Below the pieces are notes generated by a model, which worked only from the letters and a program-made list of their open reading frames with translations, was not told the origin of the DNA and did no database searches. This document shows, one piece after another, positions 13,741 to 25,420 of a stretch of DNA of 64,000 nucleotides (position 1 is its first letter; each line of letters opens with the position of its first letter). Position numbers and translations under genes: made by a program. The DNA is from Felis catus (taxonomy: Eukaryota), in NCBI RefSeq assembly GCF_018350175.1, contig NC_058368.1, positions 111,788,001 through 111,852,000 of the forward strand, read 5' to 3'.

Positions 13741-14645
13741 TACAATCTGTCTTTTAACTGATGTTTTTAGAGCATTTCATTCAATGTAATTATCAATATT
13801 TACATTCAGGTCAACTATTTTATTGTTTTTCTATTTGTCTCCTCTCTCTTGGTTTTTGTTACCTTGTTTCATGCCTTTTTTGGATTAACTGATTATTTTT
13901 TGAGTATCCCATTTTCATTTATGTGTTGGCTTTTTGATGATATCTTTTTAGATATGTTTTTTTGTGGTTGCTCTAGAGGTTATACACCACAAACCCAACT
14001 TTTCAGTCTACTTAGAGTGAATGTTCTACGATCTCAAGTAAAATGTGGAAGATGACTTACAGCCATGCAGATTCTCCACAACCCCTCTCTTTATGCTACC
14101 GTTGTTATGGGCATACATTCATCGGGCCTTTCTTTCAGCGTTCCGTCGATGACCACATTTTCTTTCAACAACCACGTGTGTTTTTAAAAGCCTAAAAGGA
14201 AAAAAATAGTCTTCTTTACTTAACCATCCTGTTTCTCTTCTTTCACTCTTGAAGATCCAAGGGTCCTAACGGGATCATTGTCATTTAGGGTGGAACACTT
14301 CCTTGAGCATTTACTTTAGCACCATTCTGCTGGTGACGAATTCTCTTAGGTTCCTTCATATGAGAATATCACTGTTGTGCTTTCATTTCTGAAGGATATT
14401 TTCACTAGATAGAGAACTCTAGGTTGGTATTTCTTTTGTTTCCGCGTTTGTGTGGGGGTGTTTCACTCTCTTCTGACCCCCATGGTTGTGATACAATTTC
14501 AGTGATATTTCAACTAGTTGTTCCCTTATATATAATGTGTTGTGTTCTCTAGCCGCTTTCAAGAGTTTTGCTTTATCTTTGGTGGTTTTGCAGTTTGATT
14601 TTATTGTGCCAGGTGTGTTCCTTGCTTTTCCTATGCTTAGGCCTC

Positions 14646-15000
14646 CTGGCACACCTTGTTTTATTGTGTTTTGCTGCACTGCATGTCGCAGATACTGCAT
14701 TTTTCACAAATGGGAGGTTTGTGGCAAACCTGCACTGAGCAAGTCTATGGGTGCCATTTTTGCAACAGCATTTGCTCACGCTGGGTCTCTGTGTCACATT
14801 TTGGTAATTCTCACAGTGTTTTAGACTTTTTCAGTATGAAATTTTTAGGGTTATTTGTGATCACTGACCTTTGATATCACTATTTTAATTGTTTCGGGGC
14901 TTCCTGAACTGAGCTCATAATAGACAATGAGCTTAACTGGTAAGTGTGTGTGTTCTGACTGCTCCAGCGACTGGCCATTACTCTGTCTCTCTGATCTTGG
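14646..15000 (+). mobile_element. Tigger1-like DNA transposon 5' fragment
   Basis: Resembles the Tigger1 5' end: GGCACACCTTGTTTTATTG...GCAGATACTGCATTTTTCACAAAT...GGTTTGTGGCAAACCTGC...GAGCAAGTCTATGGGTGCCATTTTT. Confidence 0.75.
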
Positions 15001-15904
15001 GAGCACAGGCTGTGTATGAGAGTGTTCGTCATACTAGCTGGCTGACACCTGGGTAGTGTTATGCTGGGCATGTTGACATGGCTGATTCATTGGTGTCATT
15101 CAGAAGCATGACATACTCACTTGGCTGTTCTGACACGGGGACACTTTGACATGGTCTAAAGAAAAACATTTTAAAATGTATTAAAATTAGAGCTTATATT
15201 GTTTGTTTTATTGTCTAATGATGTGAGAAGTAGATATCCCTGACTTAACCCCCATCCCCAAAATACAACGGTCTAGAATGGAGGAGGCTCTGGTTGTGGT
15301 TGGGGTGAGGAAGATGTGATTAATTTTTTTTAAACTTTTAATTTCTTCTCACTAGGCAGACATTAAGACTAGGCTGATTTCTTTTTGGATGATGCATGAA
15401 AATACCCTACATCTTTCTGAGAGGCCATTCTTCACTGGGCATCCAAGGGGCAGGCCTGGGAGTCCAAGCACCAGTGGGAACCAAGGCCAGGGTGGTCCCT
15501 GACCCATCAGAATGGAGGCTCCACACTCTCAGAGCACTTGCTGTATCCCCATTGCCCCAAAACACTTTGATTCCCATCTCCCTTGTGCCACCATGTCTGC
15601 AGCCTTTCCCCTTGTGGGCTTATCCACAAGATCGCTTGGGTGTGGTGTATGAACACAGACTCTGTGCTTTTTCTTAAAACTGCTTTTTTGATATCTCACG
15701 GTTTTGATTGCTCACTTTTGGCTTTCCTTGGCGCATATGCTGCCTTAGTAGAAACAGGAGCTCAAATCAGAAGGCCGTCTCAAATCCCAGCTTTACTAGT
15801 GGGAGAGGTTGTCTATGGAAAACATGAGCTTTCAGGTCACGTGGACAGGGGTTCAGCCTGGCTCTTACCACCTAATTGAGCAGGTCAACTTCTCTGAATC
15901 TCGG

Positions 15905-16294
15905 TGCTATGGACTAAGTTGTGTCCCCTCAAACTCATATGTTTGAGCCCTAACCTCCATTGTGATTATATTTGAAGATGGGGCCTTAGAGAAGTAACTC
16001 GGTTTGGATGAGATGGGGGTGGGGCCCTCATGGTGGGATCCGTGCTCTTGTATGAAAAGACACCAGAGAGCTTGCTCACGGGCTTGGTCACCACCTCCTC
16101 CCCTCCGCCCTGCCGTGTGAGGACATGGTGGTAAGGTAGTTTGCAAACCAGAGACAGAGCTCTCACCAGGGCCTAAGTATGCCACCACCCTGATCTTGGA
16201 CTTCACAGCCTCTAGAACTGTGAGAAATTCAGCTGGTTGCTTAATACCACCAGGTTTTGGCATTTTGTTACGGCATCCTGAGCGGACTAAACTG
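15905..16294 (+). mobile_element. Full-length MaLR solo LTR (MLT1A/B-like) inserted in a MIR
   Basis: TGCTATGGACTAAGTTGTGTCCCC...TTTTGTTACGGCATCCTGAGCGGACTAA. The 5-bp TSD is ctcgg/cttgg, and the flanks rejoin into a MIR core. Confidence 0.85.
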
Positions 16295-16781
16295 CTTGGT
16301 TTCCTGTCCTGTAAAACAGAGGTTATGATACTTTCTTTATAGACTTTAAAGAATTTGAACTAATTGTATATCCGTGAGTAGTAGCCTTCATATACCAGGC
16401 ATTTCTTTCATTAATAGTACCACGGATATCAATATGATAATTAGAAATAATAGTTTTCATTTTAGGGAATGGGATGTTCCTCTGGAATGAATGATGAGGA
16501 TCCATACAAGTTTGCTTTCTTAGGCAACAAATTCTAAAACAAAATATGTTTCTGAACCAAATAACATCTATCACACACTTTCCTGCCTTCTTAAATGGTA
16601 ATCTAAAGATAATACCTCATTGGTAAGGATCTGGTTTTCTCAAATCTGTTTCATGTATTTGTGTTTGGAATATTGGGCATTTTTCATGTGCTTATTTTCC
16701 ATCTCTATAGCTTTTGTGATGAGCTTTCCAGATCTTTTACACATTTTAAAAATTGGGTGGTTTTCTTATTGTTGAGGTATT

Positions 16782-16990
16782 TAAAAAAATTTTTTTTTAA
16801 GTTTACTTATTTATTTTGAGAGAGAGGCATCATGAGATGGGGAGGGGGGGGAGAGATAGAATCCCAAGCAGGCTCTTGCACTGTCAGCTCAGAGCCTGAT
16901 GTGGGGCGTGAACACATGAAACTGTGAGATCATGACCCGAGCCAAAATTGAGAGTCCGATGCTTAACCGACTGAGCCATGCAGGTGCCCC
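16782..16990 (-). mobile_element. Can-SINE
   Basis: Flanked by the repeat ttattgttgag. Confidence 0.9.
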
Positions 16991-18413
16991 TTTTATTGTT
17001 GAGTTTTAAGAGTTAACCCAATATGTGGGCTTTCTTTTTATTCTCTTAACTGTGTTTTTGGCCGAGCATAAGTTTTAAAGTTTATTAAATTTCACCCTAT
17101 CACATTATCTTTACATGGACGTGCTTTTGGTGTTGCATCTAAAGACTCATTGCCAAATCCGAACAGCTCTACACCTATAAAAGTAATTGAGTTTGCTTTT
17201 TAAAAACCTATACACAAGGAAAACTCCAGGCCCAGGTGGTTCCACTGGTGAATTCTATCAAACATTTAGGGAATACCTAATAGGAATTTTATACTAACCC
17301 CTTCAGAAAATACAGGAAGAAGAAATGCTTCCCAGTTTGTTGATGAGGACAGCATGACCCTCATAACAGAACCTGACAAAAGAGTAAGTAAACTCTCAAT
17401 CAATATCTTTCTCGAACGTGAGAACACATGAGACACATTAAGGAGACAAAAATCCTTCATGTAACTGTATCACAACAAATCCAGCAATATGAAAAAGGAT
17501 AATACATCATGACCAAGCTGTGTTTATTCTAGGAATGCAAAGTTGATTTAATATTTGAAAATCAATCAATATAAGCCACATAAACAGAGTAAAGGAGGAA
17601 AGCAGTGATTATCTTAAAGGCATAGAAAGTGCTTTTGAGAAAATTTATCAGCCATCATTATAATAAAAATGCAGCCAGTTAGAAAGAGAAGGGAATTCTT
17701 CAACCCAATAAAAGGCGTTTATAGAAAATCTACAATTTACTTCACGTCTGTTGCTGAAATAGGAAGCACTTTTCTCCCAAGATTAAAAATAAGATAGTGT
17801 TGTCCACTCTGGTCACTTCTATTCAGCGTTGACCTGGAAATCCTAGCTAGTGCCAAACGTCAAGTAAAAGAAGTGAGGTATATGGATAGGGATGGAGGAA
17901 TTAAAATTGTCCTCATTTGGGGGTAATATGATCAGATATGTAGAAAAATCCTAAGGAATCTATGAAAAACTAACTAGAACTGAAAAGTGAATTTAGCAAA
18001 TTCAGAGGCTACATGGTCACTTTTGTAAAGGGATTGTAATCTGTTTTGCCTATATACTCGGAGCAAACAATTAGAAAATAAACTTCAAGAGAGAATTCCA
18101 CTTGTAGTAGTTATTAAAAAAAAAACCATAAAATATGTAAGGAGAAATGTAATGGAACGTGTATAGAGCTCTACGCTGAAAACCACAAAACATTACTGAG
18201 GATATTTGAGGAGACTTGAATTGAGAGAGGTGCCATGTTCGTGGATTGGAACATTCAGTATAGTTAAGATGTCCATCCTCCCCAACTAATGCAATTCATA
18301 TCTGTCACGGTGAATTTTTTTGTAGAAATTAATAACTTGATTCTAAAATATATATGGAAATGCAAAGGTCCTACAACATCCAAAGTAATCTTGAACAAGA
18401 AAAACAATTCGGA

Positions 18414-18510
18414 GGGGCACTGGCTGGCTCATTCAGTTAAGCGTCAGCAGAAATTCAGATTTCTGCTTAGGTCATGATCTCATGGTTCATGCGTTCGAGC
18501 CTGTGTTGGG

Positions 18511-18554
<44 letters not shown>

Positions 18555-18618
18555 CCTCCGCAGCTGTCTCTGTCTCTCTTTCTCAAAATAAATAAATAAA
18601 TGAACAAACATTAAAAAA
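18414..18618 (+). mobile_element. Can-SINE with long (CT)n
   Basis: Head, (CT)n at about 18513-18550, and tail. Confidence 0.85.
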
Positions 18619-18658
18619 TGGAAAAACAAATTTGGAGAATTTAAACTGCCTGATTTTA

Positions 18659-18877
18659 TTTCATTATTATTAATTTTTTTAATGTTTATTTATTTTTGAG
18701 TGAGAGACAGTGTGAACTGGAGAGGGGTAGAGAGAGAGGGAGTCACAGAGTCCAAAGCAGGCTCCAGGCTCTGAGCTGTCAGCACAGAGCCCGACTTGGG
18801 ATTTGAACCCATGAACTTCAAGTTCATGACCTAAGCTGAAGTTGGGTGCTTAACCGACTGAACCATCCAAGTGCCCC
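18659..18877 (-). mobile_element. Can-SINE
   Basis: Flanked by the repeat aaact(g/a)cctgattt. Confidence 0.9.
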
Positions 18878-18894
18878 TAAACTACCTGATTTAA

Positions 18895-19110
18895 AAAATT
18901 TTTTTTTAACATTTATTTATTTTTGAGACAGAGAGAGACAGAGCATGAATGGGGGAGGGGCAGAGAGAGAGGGAGACACAGAATCTGAAGCAGGCCCCAG
19001 GCTCTGAGCTGTCAGCACAGAGCCCGACGCGGGGCTTGAACTCACGGACCATGAGATCATGACCTGAGCCGAAGTCGGACGCTTAACCGACTGAGCCACC
19101 CAGGCGCCCC
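18895..19110 (-). mobile_element. Can-SINE (younger, CpG-rich)
   Basis: Flanked by the repeat aaactacctgattt. Confidence 0.92.
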
Positions 19111-19159
19111 AAAACTACCTGATTTTAAAGCCTACTCTAAAATTACAGCAGTCTCTAGT

Positions 19160-21300
19160 ATGAAGATCAGAAGACAAAAGTAGCAAAATCAATGATATCT
19201 ATAAAAATTAAGTGGTACACAAAATTAAAAATGTGAAATATGATATTTTCATAAAACTCAGAGGTGGAGTTAAAATGTGGTGCTTTCAGATGTATTTGAA
19301 TGTAAGCAACCATTAACTTAATGTAGACTGCTATTTACATAGGATGTTATGTATGAACCTCATGGTAGCTACAAACCTATAATAGACACACAAAAAATAG
19401 AAAGGAACCCACACATAACACTACAGAAATTCATCAAATCATTAGGGAAGAGAGCAAGAGAAGAAGAAAGGAACAGAGAAGAACTACAAAAACAACAAGA
19501 AAACAGTGAACAAAATGGCAATGAGTAAATACTTATCAATTGTTACTTTAAATGTAAATGGACTAAATGCTCCAATCATAAGACAGGGTGACCTAAGGAA
19601 TGAAAACAGAACAGAACCCATTTTTTTTTTTTGGTGTCTGTGAAAGACTCATTTCAGACCTAAAGACACAGACTGAGAATGAAGGGATGCAAAAAGATAA
19701 TCCAAGCAAATGGACGCAAAAGAAAAGCTGGGTTAGCAGTCCTTGTGTCAGACAAGGCAGACTTTAAAACAAAGACTAACAAGAGACAAGGAGGGCATTA
19801 CATAATGATAAAAGAAGGGGTCACTCCAACAAGAGAATACAACAGTTGTAAATATCTGTGCACCCAACATAGAAGCACCTGAATACATAAAGCAAATATT
19901 AACAGACGTAAAGGGAGAAGTTGACAGTAATGCAGTAATAGTAGAGCACCCCACTTATATCAGTGGATAGACCGTCCAGGCAGAAAACCAAGAAAGAAAC
20001 AGTGTCTTTGACTGACACATTAAACCAGATGGACTTAACAAACATATACAAAATATTCCAGCCAAATATACATTTTTTTCCAAGCACACATGCAGCATGT
20101 CCAGGATAGATCACATGATAGGGCACAGAACAAGTCTCGGGAAATTTAAGAAGATTGAAATCATCAAGCATCTTTTCCAATCACAGCAGTATGAAACTAG
20201 AAATGAATTACAAGGAGAAAATGGGAAAAAACACACACACATAGAGGCTAAAAAACATGCCACTAAACAACCAGCGGGTTATCAAAGAAATCAAAGAGGA
20301 AATAAAAAAATAGCTGGAGACCAATGAAAACAGAAACATAATGGTTTAAAATCTTTGGTATACAGCAAAAACAATCCTAAGAGGGAAGTTTGTAACAACA
20401 CAGGCCTACCTCAAGAAACAAGAAAAATCTCAAACAATCTAACCTTATACCCTTTAGATGTAGAAAAAAAGAACAAAGGCGAGAGCTAGTAGAAGGAAGG
20501 AAATAAATTAGAGACTTAAAAAATAATGGAAAAGATCAATGAAATTAGAGCTGATCCTACACTTACCATGGTGAGCACTGAGTAATGTAGAGAATTGTCA
20601 AATCACTATGTTGTACACCTGAAACCAATAAAACATTACATGTTAATTATGATTCAATTTAAAAAAGAAGATGCTATAATTAAGAATTCTTCAAATATCA
20701 CTTTCTTGTCCCTGGGGAATGCAGTGACATGTTCTTGTGTTCAAGTCAGTGTGCAATATCTAGAAAAGATTATCATAGATTTTGCAGTCATTCTCAGACT
20801 AAAATATCCCAAGCATTGCATTAATCTTTTGAGGAGACACAAGATGAACCATAACTGATTGATCATAAAACAAAGAAAAGAGCTGGTTCTTCATAAATAG
20901 AAAGAAAATTGAAAAACCTTTTGCCACACTCATCAAGAAAAAGAGCATACATACATACATACATACATCAGAAATAAAAGAGGATATGTTACAACCAATA
21001 CTACAGAAATACAAAAGATTGTAAGTGACTACTCCGAAAAAGTAGACACCAAAAAATTGGACAACTTAGAAGAAACGGATAAATTCCTGGAAACATGCAA
21101 TCTTTCAAAACTGAATCAGGAAGAAATAGAAGGTCTCAACAGACCAGTTGCTAGTGATGAAATTGAATCACTGATCAAAAATCTCCCAGAAAACAAAAGT
21201 CCAAGACAGGATGGCTTCACCAGGTGAATTCTACCAAATATTTAAAGAAAATCTAATCCTGGTCTTTCTCACACTGTTGCAAATAATGGAAGAGGAAGGA
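19160..21300 (+). mobile_element. Decayed L1: inter-ORF region and ORF2 endonuclease through the start of RT
   Basis: ACTTTAAATGTAAATGGACTAAATGCTCCAAT (TLNVNGLNAP) near 19545, plus the decayed peptides 'KKIIQANGRKRKAGLAVLVSDKADFK' and 'SRIDHMIGHRTSLGKFKKIEII'. Confidence 0.9.
20559..20878 (+). mobile_element. Short L1 3'-end insertion with about 200 bp of extra downstream sequence
   Basis: L1 3' terminus (20559-20666), then non-L1 sequence and an A-rich end; flanked by agagctgatcct / agagctggttct. Confidence 0.65.
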
Positions 21301-21404
21301 ATCCAGATCAGTGACGGCTGAGTATTAAGGTTCAGGGCAGGGGATCCCACTGTACTGGGGCTCAGTGAGGGACAGAAATTTGGGATAGACATGTTCTGTA
21401 TCTT

Positions 21405-21823
21405 TTTTTTTATGTTTTTTTTTTTTAATTTACATCCAAGTTAGTTAGCATATAGTGCAACAATGATTTCAGGAGTAGATTCCTTAATGCCCCTTACCCC
21501 TTTAGCCCATCCCCTGTCCCACAACCCCTCCAGTAACCCTCTGTTTGTTCTCCATATTTAAGAGTCTCTTATGTTTTTGTCCCCCTCCCTGTTTTTATAT
21601 TATGTTTGCTTCCCTTCCCTTACGTTCATCTGTTTTGTATCTTAAAGTCCTCATATGAGTGAAGTCATATGATATTTGTCTTTCTCTGACTAATTTCACT
21701 TATCATAAGACCCTCTAGTTCCATCCACGTAGTTGCAAATAGCAAGATGTCATTCTTTTTGATTGCCGAGTAATACTCCATTGTGTGTGTATGTGCATCT
21801 ATATCTATATATCTATATCTGTA
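21405..21823 (-). mobile_element. 5'-truncated carnivore-type L1 3' end
   Basis: Poly-T tail then antisense L1 3' UTR; TSD tctgtatctt (21395-21404 / 21824-21833), inside an older L1M. Confidence 0.85.
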
Positions 21824-22084
21824 TCTGTATCTTGATTGTGGTTGTGATTACATGACTATACAAAGTTACCAGAGTGAATCAAACTGTATCCTTAACATAG
21901 GTGAGTGTTACTGACTGTAAATTATACCTCAGTAAATCTGTAGATCAGGAAAATATTTTAAATATAAAAAAACTGACACTTCCAAGTGCTAGTGAGGATA
22001 TGGAGTAACTGTAACTGTCATATCCTGTTGAAGTGTTTAGCATTGTACAGTCTCTCTGGGAAATGGCTTGGCAGTTTGTTTTAT

Positions 22085-22715
22085 TTAAAATTTTTTTTAA
22101 TGTTTATTTAAAAAAAATTTTTTTTCAACGTTTATTTATTTTTGGGACAGAGAGAGACAGAGCATGAACGGGGGAGGGGCAGAGAGAGAGGGAGACACAG
22201 AATCGGAAACAGGCTCCAGTCTCTGAGCCATCAGCCCAGAGCCTGACGCGGGGCTCGAACTCACGGACCGCGAGATCGTGACCTGGCTGAAGTCGGACGC
22301 TCAACCGACTGCGCCACCCAGGCGCCCCTTAATGTTTATTTTTGAGGCAGAGGGAGACAGAGTGTGAGTGGGGGAGGGGCAGAGAGAGAGAGGGAGACAC
22401 AGAATCCGAAGCAGGCTCCAGGCTCCGAGCTGTCAGCACAGAGCCTGACCGGGGCTCGAACCCACCAACTGTGGGATCATGACCTGAGCCGAAGTCGGAC
22501 GCTTAACCAACTGAGCCACCCAGGCGCCCCAATGTTTATTTTTGAGAGCACGAGCAGGGGAGGGCCAAAGAGAGAGGGAGACACAAAATCCAAAGCAGAC
22601 TCCACGCTCTGGGCTGTCAGCCCAGAGCCGTATGTGGGGCTCGAATCCACCAACCGTGAGATCATGACCTGAGCCAAAGTCAGATGCTCAGCTGACTGAG
22701 CCACCCAGGCACCCC
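22085..22715 (-). mobile_element. Three nested Can-SINEs (heads end at about 22328, 22530 and 22715)
   Basis: Three same-strand heads; outer TSD ggcagttt(g/c)tttta; inner repeats of aatgtttatt. Confidence 0.92.
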
Positions 22716-23502
22716 GGCAGTTTCTTTTAAATTCACATTCCCATTTAACTGTCTTCCATTTCTAGGTATTTACGCAAGAGAAATGGGAATATATGTCCAC
22801 CTCAAGACTAGTAGTAGCAGTTTCATTCATAAGACAAGGAAGGCCTTACATAATGATGAAGGAAGGGATCAATCCAACAAGAGAATACAACAGTTATAAA
22901 TATCTGTGCACCCAACATAGGAGCACGTAAATACATAAAGCACATGTTACCAGCCATAAAGGGAGAAATTGAAAGAAACTAGAAAGAACCCAAATACTCA
23001 TCAGTAAGTGAATGGATAAACAAATTATGGTACACTCGTACAATGATACAGTGAAATACTGCTTCAAAATAAGAAACAACAAGGTGCTTACATACACAAT
23101 ATCGGAGTGTCAAACCCATTCTGCTGAGCGACACAGAAGTACATCATATGTGATTCCATTTGCATGAAGTTTTAGAACAAGCAAAACGATAGTGATTGAA
23201 GTCCCATTCATCATTGGCTGGGGTGAGGGTAACCGAGTGCCGAAGGGTACAGGGGGGGTTTGTACCGTGCTGGTTACGTGTGTATGTGTGTGTCTGTCTG
23301 TGTGTGTCTGTGTGTCAACGAGCAGCCACATACACAAAAGGGATGCATTTATTTCATGTAAATTATGTTTTAACAAAGTTAGAAAAAAAGATATCTACCA
23401 AGACCCTCAGTTGACCAGAAGTTTTACCAGGTTCCTAAAATCGTTGCCTAATTTGGATATTCTCATTAAGATCCTGCAGCCTGACTGGAGGCATTCTTAG
23501 TT

Positions 23503-23655
23503 AAAAAAAAAAAAAAAAGGAGAAGGAGGAGGAAGAGGAGGAAGAGGAGGAGGAGGGGAAGAAGAAGGAGGAGGAGGAGGAGGAGGAGGAGGAAGAGGAG
23601 GAGAAGAAGAAGAAGAAGAAAGGAAGGAAAGAAAGGAAGGAAGGAAGGAGGGAAG
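23503..23655 (+). repeat. Poly-A followed by a (GGA/GAA)n-(GGAA)n homopurine tract
   Basis: About 150 bp with purines only on the plus strand. Confidence 0.95.
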
Positions 23656-25219
23656 AAATGTAAAAGCTTCTTCTTTAAAAAGGTCTAGTTGGAAGGTAAG
23701 GTCACACTCGTGAGGATTTTTCCTTGCCACCATTTAACATGAATTTTGTACCTCTCCAGAGATGCTCTTTAACTTGTTTCCCAGCCTGGAGCAATTCTTG
23801 TAGGACGGGGAATTGCATTTTTAGTTCTAAGGACTCAGCATGCTTTCTGCAAAGACGAAGCTGTCCTTCTGATTTCTGGAAATATGACCAGGGGCTGGCT
23901 TTTCCAAGAGGGCCACTAAGTCCCTTGTTTATCTGTTCATATCTATTGCACACACAAGGAACTGGAGGCTATTTAGATAATTTCCATGGGGAAAAAACCC
24001 TTGTTATTTCAATTACCTAGTGATGGTCATTTAAAAACTGTATTTTATCTAGGTGATTGATCCACTGCCCCCCCCCTTGGGAGTGACATAGATCTGCTGT
24101 ATTGGGAAGTGGACTCTGTTATTGGGGGCAGGGATGCACTGGGCACAGGGTCAGTGCTTCACACACATCACCTTGTTTAATTTCACCCTCACGACGGGCG
24201 CCTCAGGGACCTGCCATCATCTCCACCCTTCACCTGTGGCTCAGGGTCACCGTGGGTGAGCGGTGCTGCTTGTCAGTTGGGGAACAGGATTCAAGCCTGG
24301 GACCTTACCCCCAAGACCCCGATCCTTCTGCAACACCTCACTACAGACAATAATTTATGATCCAAAGATGGTCAAGGAAACAGTCCCACTTTTATTTTCT
24401 CTGAAATGCCTTTTTGCTTCACGCTGCCCGCTATGAGTCGCTGGCATGTTCCGCATATCAGTGGCTCAGGACCATGGCAAGGGACAGTCCACTGCCACAT
24501 CACCATCCCGCAGCTGCCAGCACGGACCTGTCTCTGAAGTCCCTGAGAGCCTCACCCAAGCTGGTTCCCCCCTAATTCTGCAGAATGTTTGCCTCCCCAC
24601 CTCTCAGCCCACCTGGAAGATCCCACACTTTTCTTGTGAAAAGACCAACCAAAAGTTCTCAGGGTTTCAAGAGCTTGTGTTACCCCCTCCTCTACCAAGC
24701 GCATTTTACACTGGATTGAATTTCTCCTCTTTATGCAGGAATTCAGCCCTGTGCACACGAATATCACCAGAGTCATAAATATTAAGAACGGATTTTTTCT
24801 TTCATTTTTCTCCTTCTGCCCCAGCGGCAGTACAGGCGGCAGAACCAGGCAGGTCTGTAATTCTGCAATGGGCCGTATGGGTTCTGTGGGCTCCCTGGGG
24901 GCGGGGTGCGCCGGGCCGGGTGGTGCTGGCGTTACCAAGACAGGAGCAATGCTTTTGTGCGTGTTTGGAGGCTGGGGGAAGGTTCATGGCCAGGTCACTG
25001 CGCCAGCATTCTTTCCTCGGCCACGGCGGCCACGGTGGGCCCCAACGGGAGAAACCTAGGCAGGGGGGCACGGGTCTCGGGAAGCCGAGCTACAGCTGCT
25101 GTGTTTGGTTTCCCTTTGGTCCCAGGGATTTAGATAAAAGGGCTGCTTTTATTGATTGGGGAGAATGGGGGAGGGAGGAGGCTGTAGAAGCCAGCCTTTG
25201 GCTTTTTGTTTTTCTAAGC

Positions 25220-25420
25220 AAACATTTATTGAGCATTTACTGTGTGCCAGGCATCATGCTAAATGCTTTTCATGCGTTATCGGTTTGAATCCATGTGACA
25301 CCCTGCCGCTGGAGTCTCCTTTTGACTGAGGCGGAGACTGTAGCTCAGAAAGGTTAAGTAATCTGCCCAAGGTCACACAGCTTATAAATGGGAACGAATG
25401 TGGGCCCAGGAGCCTTCTGT
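25220..25420 (-). mobile_element. MIR
   Basis: CATTTATTGAGCATTTACTGTGTGCCAGGC...GCTCAGAAAGGTTAAGTAATCTGCCCAAGGTCACACAGCT. Confidence 0.8.

Larger units (their letters stand above)
1990..14640 (-). mobile_element. Mosaic of old antisense L1 fragments (L1M-type ORF2 and 3' UTR pieces), interrupted by younger elements
   Basis: T-rich, with several recognisable antisense L1 3' ends (about 1990, 3030, 5060, 8755, 10860). The decayed RT peptide 'GISQGYLVSPLLFNIVLKVLA...LFLLADGIVV' appears in ORF 12401-12604. Confidence 0.85.
16650..19150. mobile_element. Old L1 ORF2 fragments: antisense to about 17160, sense RT region from about 17165
   Basis: CCAGGCCCAGGTGGTTCCACTGGTGAATTCTATCAAACATTT and the decayed peptide 'NNLILKYIWKCKGP' are L1 ORF2 hallmarks. 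Confidence 0.8.
21300..23390 (+). mobile_element. Old L1M 3' fragments hosting nested insertions
   Basis: GTAAATTATACCTCAGTAAA-type termini and GAATGGATAAACAAATTATGG-type L1M 3' sequence. Confidence 0.7.

Noticed and set aside
19500..21300. Possible intact L1 ORF2
   Set aside because: Multiple stops and frameshifts and a nested insertion; only short peptide remnants survive.
23497..23733. Proline-rich ORF, and the LPPS/FLPS-repeat ORFs near 37836-38546
   Set aside because: These are translations of microsatellites.
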